A stretch of 64,000 nucleotides of DNA from Lingula anatina (Eukaryota > Animalia > Brachiopoda): contig CM120642.1 of assembly GCA_051362555.1 (NCBI GenBank), positions 6,448,001 through 6,512,000 on the forward strand, in the 5' to 3' direction. Of the stretch, positions 1-22,870 are shown piece after piece. A program made the position numbers and the translations under genes. A model generated the notes under the pieces. That model saw only the letters and a program-made list of their open reading frames with translations. It made no database searches and had not been told where the DNA came from. Within the stretch, counting starts at the first letter, position 1, and each line of letters begins with the position of its first letter.

Positions 1-356
1 CACAATCTTTTTTTTCTACCAGGTGAAGCACTAGAATCTTTGTTTTGTGGTTACTCGATTCACCTTTCCATAGATAATGATGCACATGCACGGTTAACCC
101 ATTTCTGCTGGTCGTGGTTGCCTGATGACTAATTGACTGGAAATGGCAGTGCAACAATCTACACCAGAATGCAACATGCATAACAAAGTTGGTGCATGCA
201 TGTCATTATCTGGTGAATGACACTACAGAAGGCAAATGACACTACAGAAACTTTGTTTAAGGCCTGCTGAATGACACAAATAAACAGTTTATTTTGGGGT
301 GAAGTCTCTTTTTCCAATCTAGCATATCTAAAAAAATATGACCATAAAAAACTCAC

Positions 357-533
357 ATCTTTCACAATCTGACCACCTTCCCTTTTGTAAAATGTTAACT
401 GCTTCAAGGCATCATCAATACTCATCCCGCGAATCTAAAATAATAAATATTGCAGTATATGAATTAAAATTTTTGCCCAGCTGAGACTTTAATAAGCAAC
501 AGTTGATTGATTCAATTTCATCTGAAGATTCAA

Positions 534-609
<76 letters not shown>

Positions 610-746
610 TAAATAATAAAAATAAATAAATAAAAATAAAATAAAAAACAAAATACAGGAAAGGCAAATTGTTAAGCTGGTAACCCAGCAGTGTCTCTGC
701 AAAAAGGGTCAGTAGACAGATATTGTTCTTTCAACATATGATGTTG

Positions 747-780
<34 letters not shown>

Positions 781-795
781 CTAAATTTCAGGGTT

Positions 796-851
<56 letters not shown>

Positions 852-3800
852 TTTTCTTTCAATTTAAATTTGATGGGTGGAAAATTCAAATCCAGAGTGT
901 GGCCAATTTCTGAGCATAAGAACAGTGCCATGATATCTTTTTCTTATTTCAATCATAAATTTCTCCACCTCCAATGTCCAAAGCACTTTTTCCATTTGAA
1001 AAAAGAAAAAAAAATTCACTCAAAATTATGGTTGATCGCAATCATTTGGTCAAATTTGTCTGGCATAATGGTCTGAATATATTGCGGTAATATGCCAAAC
1101 AATTCGACCAAGATTAATTAATTAATTTCATGGAAATGTCAGTTTGGTCGAATTGATTAAAATACAGCAAATGGAAACCTTTGATATCGTCGGATTGTTA
1201 GGGGTATCTGCCAAAACGTCCATCTTTCCGGAAGTATTGCATTTTACCGGAAGTGTTACGCAAGATAAGCCGCAATTTTCGCCTAACACGTGTTTCAGGC
1301 TTGTTTTATCCTCCTTTTAAAATCTTATTTTGCTGTGTACAATATGTGCTAACATTACTTAACATTAAAAAAGACGACAATGATAATTTCTAATTATATA
1401 TTTCCCTCACCTACGATCATTTTCATGATGCGCTTCAAGAGTGGGACGGGTATTTCCCCAGAGACGGGTGTTGTAAACAAAGGCCGGTCACTTATATTTG
1501 AAACCGGTAGCTTTAGTAGACTTAAACTAGTTATGTGATCTACGTTCGCCCTATTTGAATTTAAATATGACAACTGAAATCAACCGAATTGAAATTTTTT
1601 ACCAGTCTGAGATCAGTTGTTTTCAACCCGCAAGGCTTGCTCAGCGTCGAGGCATAGACGTACTTCTGAAGAAAATTCAATCACCCGTATCAAAGAATAC
1701 CAACTGGCACTCAAACGGAATTCAGTGTAACTTCAAATTACTTATAAGTATTTTATTTAAAAAGCATGTCATATTAAAACATATTGAGAAAAGGCAAAAT
1801 ACGGAGCCTACCTGTGCCGATAGACATACAGTAGGCCTATCTTGCTGGCACTCTTCCGATTTTCTTACTTATATACTCTCGCTGTGCACAAACCACGGTG
1901 CATATTGAAAACCCCACTGATACAACCCGAACGTAAAATAAGCATTTAATTGCCATAATTTTCACAAAACAAGTGCATTTATAATTTGACGCGAGAATTG
2001 AGCACATGCAGAAATGAGACAGGTCTTTACTGGTCTGGTCCAGCATAGCGCAAACCACATGTTAATGAAGACGGTCCCATTTTGGGGGAGGGGGGTCACA
2101 GGAATGGAGTTCTTCGTGGATTACGCTAAATATCATCAACATTTCATGCATCTGGGGAAATAAAAAGTGACTCACAGGTAACGTAAATATCCAGTGGAAC
2201 TCTCTATGAAGCTCTCATGGAGTTAAGGAAGACGTCATTTTTATTGTTGACAAATCAGTTACCCATGTAGGTGAACAGCTACACGTGTTCGTCAGATTTT
2301 GACAGCGCGTGGTATTTGGCGCCAAGAAGTCTGGGCGGTCGATCCCGCTGATCTTTCGGTCGATTGAAGTAAATGTAAGATCTTGCGGTGTTGACTTCAA
2401 GAATGTTTCTCCATCTGCATATATATTTCAATCAAACTTGAAAATAAATTGCTTATTCTTTCCAAACTTTTTATTGCTAGCAAACGCTACATATGGTCTA
2501 TATGAAGGTGTTTTTGACGTATTCTACCCACTGTCGATATTTGGTTTCATCCAGAATGGACCTTTTTTAACCCCCCCCCCCACCTTCCCCAGTTACAGGC
2601 GTGATGAATCAGTCAGCGAGGGCAAGTCTGCTTAATTAGCACAAACTGTATGTCTATAACACTATTTTGTCATCTGGGACAAAGGAAATGACAGGTACGT
2701 CATGCTTCCAGATTAGATCTTCACTTAATAGTTTCTTCCTCATTGACGAGAGCTATTGAAAGGACAACAATTGACAAAGGGCCCGGCATGCAGCATCTAT
2801 ATGACTGGCTTGAAAATTTACCGAGTCTTGCCGACGATGTGGTCGAACAATCGGAACAAGTAAAAAATTCTGTCGCATGATTTTGACGTATGGACTAAAT
2901 GTTTGAGCCCAGAAAAATTAATTTTATAAAATAATTTTTATGGTCGGATTGACTGGGCCCGTCGAAATGCTTGGCACATTACCGTAGTGTATTAAACATG
3001 CTTAATTTGAATCTATATGAACTACCACTCTAGTATTTTTTCAAGATTTAAATAACTGCAAAAACGAAGAATAAATCTATCTATAGATTTTGCATAAATA
3101 AAATAACATAATAAAGAAAATCCAACTCACCAAACAGGCTATATACCACATCTTATCAGGGCTATATTTGATCCTCATACGCCAGTGGTTAATTTCCTGT
3201 AATATACACAGTTTAAGGTAAGTACTGCTAATGTAGTGTTGAGCATGAAAAGGGAACTGTCAACATACTGTTGCATACACAAAGGGGTTCAATATGCTGT
3301 TGAGACATATATTGTGCAAAATAGTTTATTCCACTCTTTTTTAAAGGGAAATTGTGATATATATCAAGGCAATAAATAATATATTTTTTTAATCTATTGA
3401 CATATCATGCTCACAGCTGGTCTTCTCAGTTCTCCTTCTTTTTGAGGTGGGTAGACAATTTCATTCATTCGCTTATAGTATGGTGGATCTTTTGCTTGCT
3501 TCATAATAGTCTTCATTTTTGCATGTTGCTGGTTGCTTGTGTGGAAATAACTGGTTTGTAAAACTGAATTCCCAGCTGCTGCTGATCTGTAAGAAAGCAG
3601 TAAATTTATATAAAGCCAGTCTGTTTCAAAAAGCCTGCTGGCCCTTAGTTCCTAAAAATACTCTGGTTTGAAAACAAAGAGTGGTCATTCACTGAGGAAA
3701 TTTCAATAATATATATAATTCAACTTCAATTATTAAACAATATACAAAAATCACTGATCAGTCAGTCCTTTTCCAATCAAACTTTCAAACACTGCAAGAA

Positions 3801-4020
3801 GTTAACACTTCTTGTTTAAAAGTAACTGAATGTGAAATCAGATGCGTGTTGTTAAATTTAAAGTGAATTTTACTTCAAAGGTTGTATTCCCCGTACAATA
3901 AAATATTCCAATATTCAAAAGAACTTTTTAAACCTGACGATCGATTTCTCACCTGCTTAGTGCCAAGTGTCTCGAAAATAACGATGTCGCTGGACGAATT
4001 CGTGATATTACAGAAGTCAT
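357..4020 (-). CDS. MRPL22: Mitochondrial ribosomal protein L22 (uL22m), 5' part; continues beyond the window start
   Basis: GT-AG exons 4020-3953, 3586-3415, 3196-3131 and 434-357 join in phase: MTSVISRIRPATSLFSRHLALSR...NEIVYPPQKEGELRRPA EINHWRMRIKYSPDKMWYIACL IRGMSIDDALKQLTFYKREGGQIVKD. The IVYPPQ..GE.RRPA, IKYS..KMWY and IRGMSID motifs are typical of metazoan MRPL22, and the N-terminus is an Arg/Ser-rich transit peptide. Confidence 0.93.
533..606. repeat. (TAA)n microsatellite
   Basis: Seen directly; source of the spurious poly-Tyr ORF. Confidence 0.95.
797..848. repeat. (GT)n microsatellite
   Basis: Seen directly. Confidence 0.95.
1080..2989. mobile_element. Putative degenerate non-autonomous CACTA/EnSpm-like DNA transposon in MRPL22 intron 3
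   Basis: 1085-1108 matches the reverse complement of 2961-2984 at 21/24 positions. The right end is ...CCG-TAGTG (CACTA terminus), the left end is TATTG-CGG (decayed), and TA flanks both sides. No transposase ORF. Confidence 0.5.
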
Positions 4021-4561
4021 TTTGTAAACAACATATACATCAGTCTAATAAGTTTGTGTAAATTTGGTAAAAGAAAACCAGTTCATGGTCACATCTTGTC
4101 GGGAAGGTTACCTGCACTTACGACAATACCATAAAGTACTTGTCAAATTAGTCCAGGGATATCTTAGCTCTAAAATAACTGTTTTGGCAAAATGTGCGTT
4201 ATGACATTGCGTATGAAATCTTACATATCTCTGCAGAGTCAGTAAAAACCTAAAACATTTCCATTTCAATCAAGAGCATGTTTTGCGACTATCGTTATAC
4301 GGTAATGCATTCTCACGTTATGCTGCTTAATATCATCAATATTATAAAATGTTTAGTAATATCTATAATGGTAATATATATAATAAATAAATAGATGTTA
4401 TTTCTACAGATGCACGAAAGAAAAAGAAACTCAAAACACAACTCTATATTTAGATTTTTCAGTTCGCGGAGCTATTAATTGTGTGCGTTCTAGTTATTTG
4501 TCTGTTTCCTGTATAAAACATACGAAAAAATTGTCGCTACCGTTACGTGAACAAGTTACTG
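4021..4561. promoter_or_regulatory. Putative bidirectional promoter for MRPL22/FBXO38, including a likely non-coding first exon of FBXO38
   Basis: MRPL22 ATG at 4020 (-). A + strand donor CTG|GTAAGG at 4561/4562 and an acceptor TTTTAG| at 5694 lie upstream of the FBXO38 ATG at 5774. Confidence 0.5.
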
Positions 4562-5131
4562 GTAAGGTCAGTTTTTAAAACAATTTCTAATTGATGTCAA
4601 TGGCTTTTTTTATTCCACTGAGGTTTATATCTGATGTTCAGTTCTGATATCATTTTATGTATCTACTATCAGTTTTGGGTGTATGTATTATGACGTTTTG
4701 AGTTCATCTTCGGTGCAAATTTTAGTAAATATGACTGAGCATTGCAAATTCTGTTGTTGATCCCGAAGAACTAATGGATTGCCTACCACGACAAGGATAT
4801 GGTCATACGTATCATTTGTAGTGGTTCACCTTTTGATTGAAGTTCTGGCCATTTATATCAACATTATGATAATCTATACATATTTATTTATTTGTTTGTG
4901 CTATGTTATAGATACCTGTGCTGTCACTGATTTTACCTTATATGTGAAGGTGTTTATCAATAAAGAATCTGCCTAATCTGGCTGCAACTTTAGTTTACTT
5001 TAGCTTGGACCTTACGAGTCGTAACGAGGTTGTCCTGTATTTTGCTCAGTGGCTTATATGTATACATGCTATTAATTGCCAGGAACTTATGGCAGCTAAG
5101 ACCCGGTAGCACCCTGCGTTACATTATCTTG

Positions 5132-5222
5132 TAGCACAAAATTCATGCATGGTTAGCACTCCTGTTCACGGTCCCTGATATGAAGCTGTATATAGGAGTG
5201 CTAAGGCATGAATTTCGTGCTA
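5132..5222. repeat. Imperfect inverted repeat, probably a MITE remnant, in the FBXO38 5'UTR intron
   Basis: TAGCACAAAATTCATGC..TTAGCACTCCT pairs with AGGAGTGCTAAGGCATGAATTTCGTGCTA. Confidence 0.5.
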
Positions 5223-5773
5223 AAAATTCCGATGCTAGAAATACGGTCCACATCCTGGGAAAACTGAGACCTCTGCTGCACCTTGTAATGCCCCTGATAA
5301 ATCATTTGCAATTGAATTTCTCTTTCAGTAGTTCACACACCAGTTTGATTATGTTTTAGTGTCTTGTTCACAGCTGTGTAGCAGTGCTCATACATATCAT
5401 TCATCAGAAATATCCTATATAGTTTTTAACACAGGCAATTATAAGGCCTTGTGTGTATAAGCTGAAGGCTAAGGCAGTTCTGAATTCAAATTTCAATTAC
5501 TCAAATTGTCACTTATGTTAAGTGGGCATTGATTATAGAGAAGAAAAGTTCCAAATTAGTGCATATTACTTTTTTTCTTTTCTTACCTCACTTTTCTCAC
5601 AATTGAAAGAATATAAATCCACTAGAATTATGATTTTATTCAAGAAAAATGATGATTGTATTATTATCACATTTTTTTCTTTTCTTTTTTTTAGACAATT
5701 ACCACTATCACATTTGGTGATATAAGAGGCAAACCACAATGTCTTAGTAGTTAGTTATCTTGTGTGAATAAAG

Positions 5774-14590
<8,817 letters not shown>

Positions 14591-17145
14591 CTGTGCACAG
14601 GACCTGGAAAAATGTCAGAGAGTATGATGTCACGGACATTTGGACAGATATTTGTGCATACTAGGACTGTGGTATTTTTTTAAAGTCTGAAACTCTTGGG
14701 CTAAGCTTAAGTGGCCAAACCTTGCTTCCGGCTAGGACGTAGCTAGATCGCAGGGAAGAAATCAAGTAATTGGTGAAGAGTTTCTACGTGCTGTTTGCGT
14801 CCTCCAAAAGTTGCACGATGGACATGCTCCTCACGCACGAACTCCCACGTTTTCCCCATTTTTTTTGGCCGTAGACCACACATAGCAACCCGTACATTCG
14901 GTTGGGACCTAGGCTTTAGATAGCCCACTAAACAAATATGACTTTGAAAGCTTCCTAAGGGCTTTTTAGAATGATTTTTCCAATAGTGAATGTAATGGGC
15001 ACATGTGGATGACTAACAGCTCTGGGAAGAAGGATATTTCTTAAGACAATCACAATTTGACCAAAAGGGTTAGTTAAAAGAACACAAAGAGACACTCTTT
15101 ATGAAGTGCAACTTAGTCACCTATATATTGGAAAGCTTAGCCTTTAGCCCCTAAATCAACTTGAGATTCTTTGAGAAATAAAGGCCCCAAATATCCAAGG
15201 ATGGCGAGTACCCTTGGTTTAAGGGATCTGTTAGCTACATCAAGGCATACTACTACAATTTACATCATCATCTATTGTGCCATTTTTCTATATGGTCTCT
15301 CTGTCTTAAATATACAAAGTTCCCCTTTTCCTCTGTAAAACACTATAACAGATAACAAGATGATGATGATCAATAAGGATTTTTAATCCATGTCAGAAGA
15401 GCTAGAACTCCTGTGGAGAAGAATCTTACTAATGAAAAACTCAATATGATGCCAAATATAGAAACAGAAATTGTTTGAATATGTTTATATGCATGTGCAA
15501 TAAAAGCAAAATCTTCCACATTTATGATTATACCTATGTGAGACCATAGTGGAGAAATTAAGGTTATGGTTGCAAAAGTAAAGCTCTCAAAATGTTTGGA
15601 TCTGTTGTTTATTTTCATATATATTTTCCTTTTAACAAGATAATATTTTTAAAGAATGCTAGATGAAGATGTGTACATTGTACATCTCTGTGTGATGTCA
15701 GTGAAATGTAATTTATAGTAAACACCTGGTAGAGCTGAAAGATAAAGAGATTCCATTTCAATATTTCACCGTCTCACAAGACACATCCATCCAGAGATGA
15801 GGATTTAGTTATGAAATATTGGAATGGTAAGAATGGTAAAGCTGCTGTTTAAAGAGTATTTTTATTTTATGTTTGACATGACTGATGAAGTTCCTTGTTT
15901 GATCTATGGTCATCTACGAATCATTTTCCACAATGATAGAACATCTTCAGAGGTGGTAGTCTATATTAGTTATAGAAAAGTGGAATTTTACAATAAAACC
16001 CAACTTTATGTAAACCTCGTATAAGACCAAAAGGCATTGAATGAACAATTTATTTTGGCTGATAATTTGATAACTTTTAGCAGAAATGGGGTAGATTCAT
16101 TTTATTTTGCACAATTGATATAAAATTTGTACAGATTTATGCTCTCTTCAATCAATTATTTGAATTAAAGGGATTTTTCAAGTATGTTGTTGTAACCATA
16201 GAATGTATGTTATAAACGTTATTTATATTTTCAGAGTTGCCAAATTGACAGTACGCCTATTCAAAATGTGTACAACGATTGCATAGTTGTATTAACAATA
16301 GAACAACAGCTATAAGCAGAGGGAGTCCATCCCAAATAATAGGAAGAGCATGCATAGTGTTTGCAGCTCTGTATTTTCACATTATTTTCTCATTTACATT
16401 GTTTCATTTTCTTATGTCGGTGCGGGTTAAGTCGCCCCGAGATCATATATTGTGTCATATATTATGACATATGGAAATTGAAACTTGTAACATATTTAGA
16501 AAAATTAATTGCCAAATATTTGGTTGCTTGCAACCTTATGCGGATAAAATGTAGCTTAGATTATATTACTGTAAATTCAATAAAAATATCAAACGATGTA
16601 TATTATCGTCTTTTCAAGTAGCAAACTTTTTTATTTTAAAAAATTATTTCTACCTTTCATATCGGTAAGATAAATGGGCGACCAAAAACAAACAAACAAA
16701 CAAACGATAGTATGTACACGGAGTAACTACATATCTTTGCTTTCGTCCTAAATACTCCCATAAAATATGACCCAGGTTCTGAGCTATTTCGATATCTTCC
16801 GGTGCACACTCCAGGTACTGACGCGGGTTCTGGGGCACCTGAACATGTATGTACGCACCTGCGCTCAGCCCTCGTGGCATGAATAACACTAGTTTTGTTA
16901 TCTGATTGAAAGACCACTTGGCGCTGGAATGATCGACGCATAACAATGCCAGGCGACTGAATAGAGTCACGTGCCGTGCCGTCACGTCTAATTTTAGAAA
17001 CGGGACTTTATACATGTAACCTGTATTTTTTCAGAGGGTGGCATCAGTTGCGAGGTATTTCTCCTGCATATTCGATTCAGATTGTACAAAAATCAAGCTG
17101 TCCGACAGTAGATGTTATAGTGTAAATTGTCCACCAACGGTATTC

Positions 17146-20100
17146 ATGGTGAGTGAAAAGTTTCAATCTTTGTGGACGCGTGGACGCGTCCAGTTTACAA
17201 GTAGGCTATACGTAGATCAGGCAGCCCAAAGTGAAAGTAACCAGGTGACAATTTTTAAGTTAAATATGTTGTGAATAGACTAATCAGTGCTATCACTGTG
17301 TTGTAACATTTGGTTTCTGTAGCAGTACTTTTACTGTTATTATTTGTCTGACTTGACACAAGGCTGATTCTGGAGAGAAATATTTGAGTTCTTTTTGGGA
17401 ATTCGGGGTCATCGATCAAACAGAAACCACTATAAAACACCGGAAACTGCCGAGTGACGTACCGATTTTTCCCGATGTTCTTATGATATTAATAATTATT
17501 ATTGAGTTGGCCGTACTTGATACGAAGTTCTCGGTCACATTATTGTTATACAAATGTATCTGTAGGACGAATACTCAGTACTTCAGATATCACGTAGTAT
17601 TTACTGTGATAACAACTGAAATCACATTTTCTGGCCGTTGCCGATTAATGATTATCAAGTTTGCTGATAAATAAATACTTCAGTGTTTATTTAAGTTATC
17701 AAATTATGATAAAGCAACATAAGTAGCGCATTGGTAGCAGATGAAAATTTTGTCAGGACAGTCAGTGGAGGGATCAGACTGCCATGTGCAACAGTGGCAT
17801 AGTTAAGTTGAGAACGTACCAAAAAAAAAAAAAAAAAAAAAAAAAGAGAGAGAGAGAGAGAGAAATACCTTGGAACCATAACGATAAGGAAAAACGTGAA
17901 GTACTTAAAGGATTTCGATTCGGTAGCCACACTTTGCATTCATTTCCCCTCACTTTAATTCATTTGGAAGCAAACATTTCCCCACAATGCAGTTATTATT
18001 ATTATTATTCTTTATAGGTAACTGTATAAGAACGACGGCTGGTTAACCGAGTCTAACTAAACCTGTGTAGCATTATGTTTTTCCTTTTTTTAAATAGGAT
18101 TCCAATGAGACGAACACAATTTGCGTATATAACATACCTCCTGGCATCACAAAAGACGACCTTTCCCGACACTTTGAAGAACAAGGGGAGGTAAAGGGAA
18201 TAGCCTTTCCATACAGGCGGCAGAACAACAAAGCAAAAATAACATTTAAAGATGCCACAGGTAACGCTATTTTTTAAAAAAATATATATTTTAAATTAAA
18301 ATATAAAAAATTAGTTTGCTTGCAACTTTATATGGATAAAATCTAGGTTTTCTTCGACCTGAACATATCTTTTACGTGTAACCCTAACAACAATTTCATT
18401 TGTGCGCCACTTTCGCTTTCGTTATATGTCACATTTGGCTCATTCTCGTTTCGTAGGGAATTGCAGGGTTTCATTCTCTGACTATCAGTAGAGCCTTTAT
18501 TGAGGTTTTTGTCCAGAGAGACTGCCAAAATTTAAAATAACAATTTTTTCAGAATCAATACTCCTTTCATGCCTTGCATTTGGATTTAGCGTAGACTTGC
18601 AATTAAATCTACAGAACTTTATCAATGCGAGATAACAACAATGAAAAAATCAAAATGATAAAAATGAGGCTAAATCTGGAACAGGAAAATGACGCTGCAA
18701 TGTGCATAATAAGCTTTTCATTTTTTTCTTGTTAACAGCGGCCGGTCAAGCACTGAAGAATAAAGAGCAAGTGATAAATGGACAGACCTTGATCTTGATA
18801 CCCGAAATTGAAGTGAGTATTGGTGTTTTCCTTTCTGCTTCTCAATGACATTGTTGCTGTTAGTGCGAGTATGAACTTTTAAGTATTGGTCCATTGGAAA
18901 TAGGTCAAGCTGAAAGAAGGTGGCCTCATTTCATTATTCATGATTTATTCTAGGTATCTCAGGACTGTACTGTGACTTTGAATGACAAATGGATGAAACA
19001 GATGAGCAGCCACTTGGAAACAATCACTGAGAAAGCGGCCAACTGTGACGTGAAATTTGAAAAGAACGCGGACCGGAAAACCAGAGTTTCAATGTACAGA
19101 GTTCGTGGTAATTTCTACAGAGTTCAATCTCTCCTTGCCGAGCTTGAAAGTTTGTACGACCACACCGTGGTTTTTAAGGGGCAGTTATTGAAACCAAAGG
19201 AACAGAATGGCGTAAAGGACGCCGTCGCAGCCGAAGGGGCCTCAACAAAAACCAAACCTCCTGAAAAACACGCGCATACCCCACGCCAGCATGATGACAT
19301 GAAACCGATCCAAAATCCCAATTTGCCTTGTGTACAAGTCGTTGGTATCCTGTACCAATACATCAAAACAGCTCGTAGGAGCTGGCTTCAGGATCTGCAA
19401 GACAAGTACGCCGTCAGCATCCTGAGCAAGGACATATTTGCTGGTATAGTAAACCTAAGGTTTCAAGGCGATGACATTGACAAATGCAATTCTGCTAAGT
19501 GTGAATTTTTGGCCCTTTATGACAAAATCTGCTCGTCAGCTTGTGTGGAAGAGATTCCGTTGAAGTTGCAAGATGAAGAACTAAACGTTCTTATCGCGTT
19601 GATACAAGAGGCCATGAAAGAGAAGGACGTTCTTGCCATAGCCATTCCAGGAGCCCAAGCTGTCACGCTGGTTGGTGCATCCGATCAAGTCTGTGAGGCC
19701 AAGAAAATGTGCCAGGAGCACATGGCGAACGCCCATGCTGTGTTTAAGACCCCAGAATCGCCAGATGCGTCCCCAAAAAAGACATCGCCCTACTTTAAGT
19801 ATAAACATGAAGGTGTCTATGGTCGCATGGTATTTGTGACACACCAAGGCATTACCATAAAGATATACCAGGGAGACATAGTGAAAGAACAAACCGATGT
19901 CATTGTCAACGCTGCCAATGAGGCCCTTAATCACGGCGGAGGAATAGCAGAGGTCATCGCCAAAGCAGCCGGCCCCAAACTTGAAGAGGAGTGCAAGAAC
20001 ATCATAAAACAACGCAGGCAGCTGAATGTTGCTGATGCAGTGGCTACAAAGGGCGGTCGACTGCCGTGTACATTTGTCGTCCATGTGGTGGGACCGCGAA

Positions 20101-20986
20101 AATCTGATTACAAAGACGCCACCAAATGTTTCAGTGCCTTGAAACAGGCAGTGGTTAATGTGCTGATGGTGTCTAATAAAACTCTGAAAGCGCGGTCAGT
20201 TGCCATTCCTGCTGTAAGCTCAGGTAAGATGTCTCACATTCAATAGATTCAAGGTTTTGAAAAAATATTTGTTAAGTACAGCGGTTCATCATTTGTGTTT
20301 GGATACGGTTCTATCGGCTTTTAAGCAGCTGTATTTTAATTGTGAATATCCGAAGAAAACAGTCGATTAATAGCACAATATTCATAATATTAACGGCACA
20401 TTTTTATATTGAGCGAACTGTTTATCAAAGCAATATTGTATGATTTACTAATTTTGATGTTTTGCCACAAGTTGTATGCGATTTGAAAAATTAACAGATA
20501 TTTGAAGATAATATGGTAAACAAATCACTCCGAGCATTATCTTGTCGATCTCGTCTTTGTAGGAATTTTCGGGGTTCCATTAGACCAGGTGTGCCGTGCT
20601 TTCTTTGAGGCTATCATTGAATATTCCATGGAATCCAACCAGACCATGCGTTTGAGAGATATCCGCCTGGTCAACATCGGCTATGAAGTCACTTGCTGTA
20701 TGAAAAGCACTTTTCTGGAGCGTTATAATGGTATGTGCTTGCCTTTTGCCTATCCTGAATATTATTTGTAAAAAGAGGCATTCGCAAAAAAATTTTTGTT
20801 AAAAAATGAAAAGTCAAGCGTTATGATTATTTTATGTATTTTGTATAAATAATGATAATAATGAATCGAATCGGTGATAATGATGAATCGAAATTCATTT
20901 AATAGTTGTTCGTTTTTATGTTTTTATGTACAAAAATGATTTAATTTTGCATTGTTCGAAGATTTGATTTTCTCATTTTAGGTTAA
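17146..20986 (+). CDS. PARP9/PARP14-like protein, about 560 aa: N-terminal RRM-like domain, probable KH-like region, one C-terminal macrodomain, no PARP catalytic domain
   Basis: Proposed exons: ATG|GTGAGT 17146-17148 (uncertain), 18098-18260, 18739-18812, 18954-20223, 20563-20730 and 20982-20986 (stop), total 1683 nt in frame. RRM-like TICVYNIPPGITKDDLSRHF; macrodomain IKIYQGDIVKEQTDVIVNAANEALNHGGGIA...VVHVVGP...SVAIPAVSSGIFGVP. Confidence 0.82.
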
Positions 20987-21185
20987 TATTCCATGATTAT
21001 CCGCGAACGAAGCAAAAGGACAATCATGACGTACCGACAGTTTGTGTCCTACTGTGAAGAGCCACATTATTCAAGTGCAACAAAATTGGGATTAAAGAAT
21101 GCTCATGTTAATTACTATTAACGCCTAAGAAAAAACTCGCCTCATAGTATTTGTGCTAGATAAACAATAATTTGAATAATGCGAA

Positions 21186-21187
<2 letters not shown>

Positions 21188-21236
<49 letters not shown>
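21188..21236. repeat. (AT)n microsatellite
   Basis: Seen directly. Confidence 0.9.
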
Positions 21237-21237
<1 letters not shown>

Positions 21238-22870
21238 TGCAAATGTACAGCATTATATCTATATCTGCAATTTTCAAATACCAGAAGATTGCCATCTGCA
21301 ACTCCTATTATCCGTTTTTGTATGTTTATGTTGTGTCATTGGGATTTATGAAGTTGGCTATAAACCTATGGCTTGGAATAATGTGAAAATGACCTATACT
21401 CAGTGGTAACTGTGCATATTCAATTGATTCGCTAGCAGCAAATTGTAACTTAGATTCCACTGTAGACTTCGGTAAGCTATATTTCTATTACCGTTATAAT
21501 AAAGACGTGTAAAGGGGTCTATGGGGACGAAAAACCTGAAGTAATAAAGTTTGTAAAGGAGATTTGGATAGACCAAGGAACACACCAAGCTACCAATACC
21601 ATATCACCGTAAGGACTTTTATACCCTGGCCATTGTCAACTTTTCAGTAATGATTTAACCAAATACATCCAAAGATTCACTTTTAATGCTCTTCTTGAAA
21701 ATGAAAATGTCTTTAAAATTTTTATAAAATGTATTTTAAAATGTTTTAACCTCTGATATTTATTTCTTAGAATTACCATTTTACCATAATTCAATATGTA
21801 CCATCCAACTTTTATAAATAAATAATATTATTATAAATAAAAAATAATAAAAATTATTATTATTGTTAATATTATTATGGACGCCTGATCTTCACTAACA
21901 TCATTAAATCGGTGCAAAAATAACGTGTCAGATTTAGGGATCTAGCAGATGACAGGATTTAATTTTAAACAAAAATTCGGCCAAAAGAAACTCGTGAAAT
22001 CGAATTACTGCTCCAGCGGCGACATGTAGACAAAAATGAGATGAAAGTTTCACTTACTAATTCACTTATTAATTTATGAATTGAACGCCTGTTATGGGAA
22101 GAATTCAGTATGGAAAAAGCAAAATTGCGTGCATGCAAATTGCTTAAAAGACCTGTGATCAAAACACATGCAAAAAAATTAATACCGCAAGTTCACAATA
22201 AATTTGATTGCTTAATTCGTTATATGTGATCATGAACTGGCGATTGGAAAAGGCAGGCACATCAACTCCTGCCTCCAGGAAGGAAATTGCATGTATTATC
22301 GAGTAGAAAATGAGAATGAGAAACACTTATTCCTCACCAGTGGCAAAATATTAAAAGTAGCCAGCATGCTAAATTCATCAAGTACAGAGATACGAATTTA
22401 AATTGGCGGAATGATCAGAGGCTATTTATCCTCCTCAAGTCAAAATTAAAAGTTACTTAAGTTATGCAATGCGCACATCACTTTATACTTTATAATGCTT
22501 CAGACCAATACTTAATCTAAGTGGACTCTTATGGGTTTTTCTGGCCGTATAGTCGATTAACTTTTTTGTCAAAAAGTTTAGACTGATTTTTGAGATACAG
22601 TTCTTTTGTGAAAGAGGCCCAGGCCTGTCAGTTTTTTATGATGGTTTCTGTCATTAGTCATTTTAGCATGTAATGTCTAATACCATTAAGTTCATCATAA
22701 TTCAAATCAATTTAAAAGCTTTTTTCTTCCGATATTATCAGTTGCATTCTTAAAACGGGATTTGGGGGATGACCTTAATTGTATAACTGACTTTGATCGT
22801 GACTAATGCTGTTGAACTGTGTCTGTGGCATACCAAGCGGTATCACTGGGGAGGAGCTGTTCCGCCTCAC

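Noticed and set aside
415-1076. ORFs with poly-Tyr, poly-Lys and CVCV runs
   Set aside because: Translations of (TAA)n, poly(A) and (GT)n microsatellites inside an MRPL22 intron.
14698-14927. GC-richer block in the FBXO38 3'UTR with TGGGCTA/TAGCCCA ends, considered as a structured RNA or SECIS
   Set aside because: Only a 7-bp terminal match, no recognisable RNA motif and no in-frame TGA in FBXO38; probably an old repeat.
16705-16760. Sequence shared in inverted orientation with about 60505-60555 (CACGGAGTAACTACATATCTT)
   Set aside because: A short dispersed-repeat fragment with no definable ends or function.
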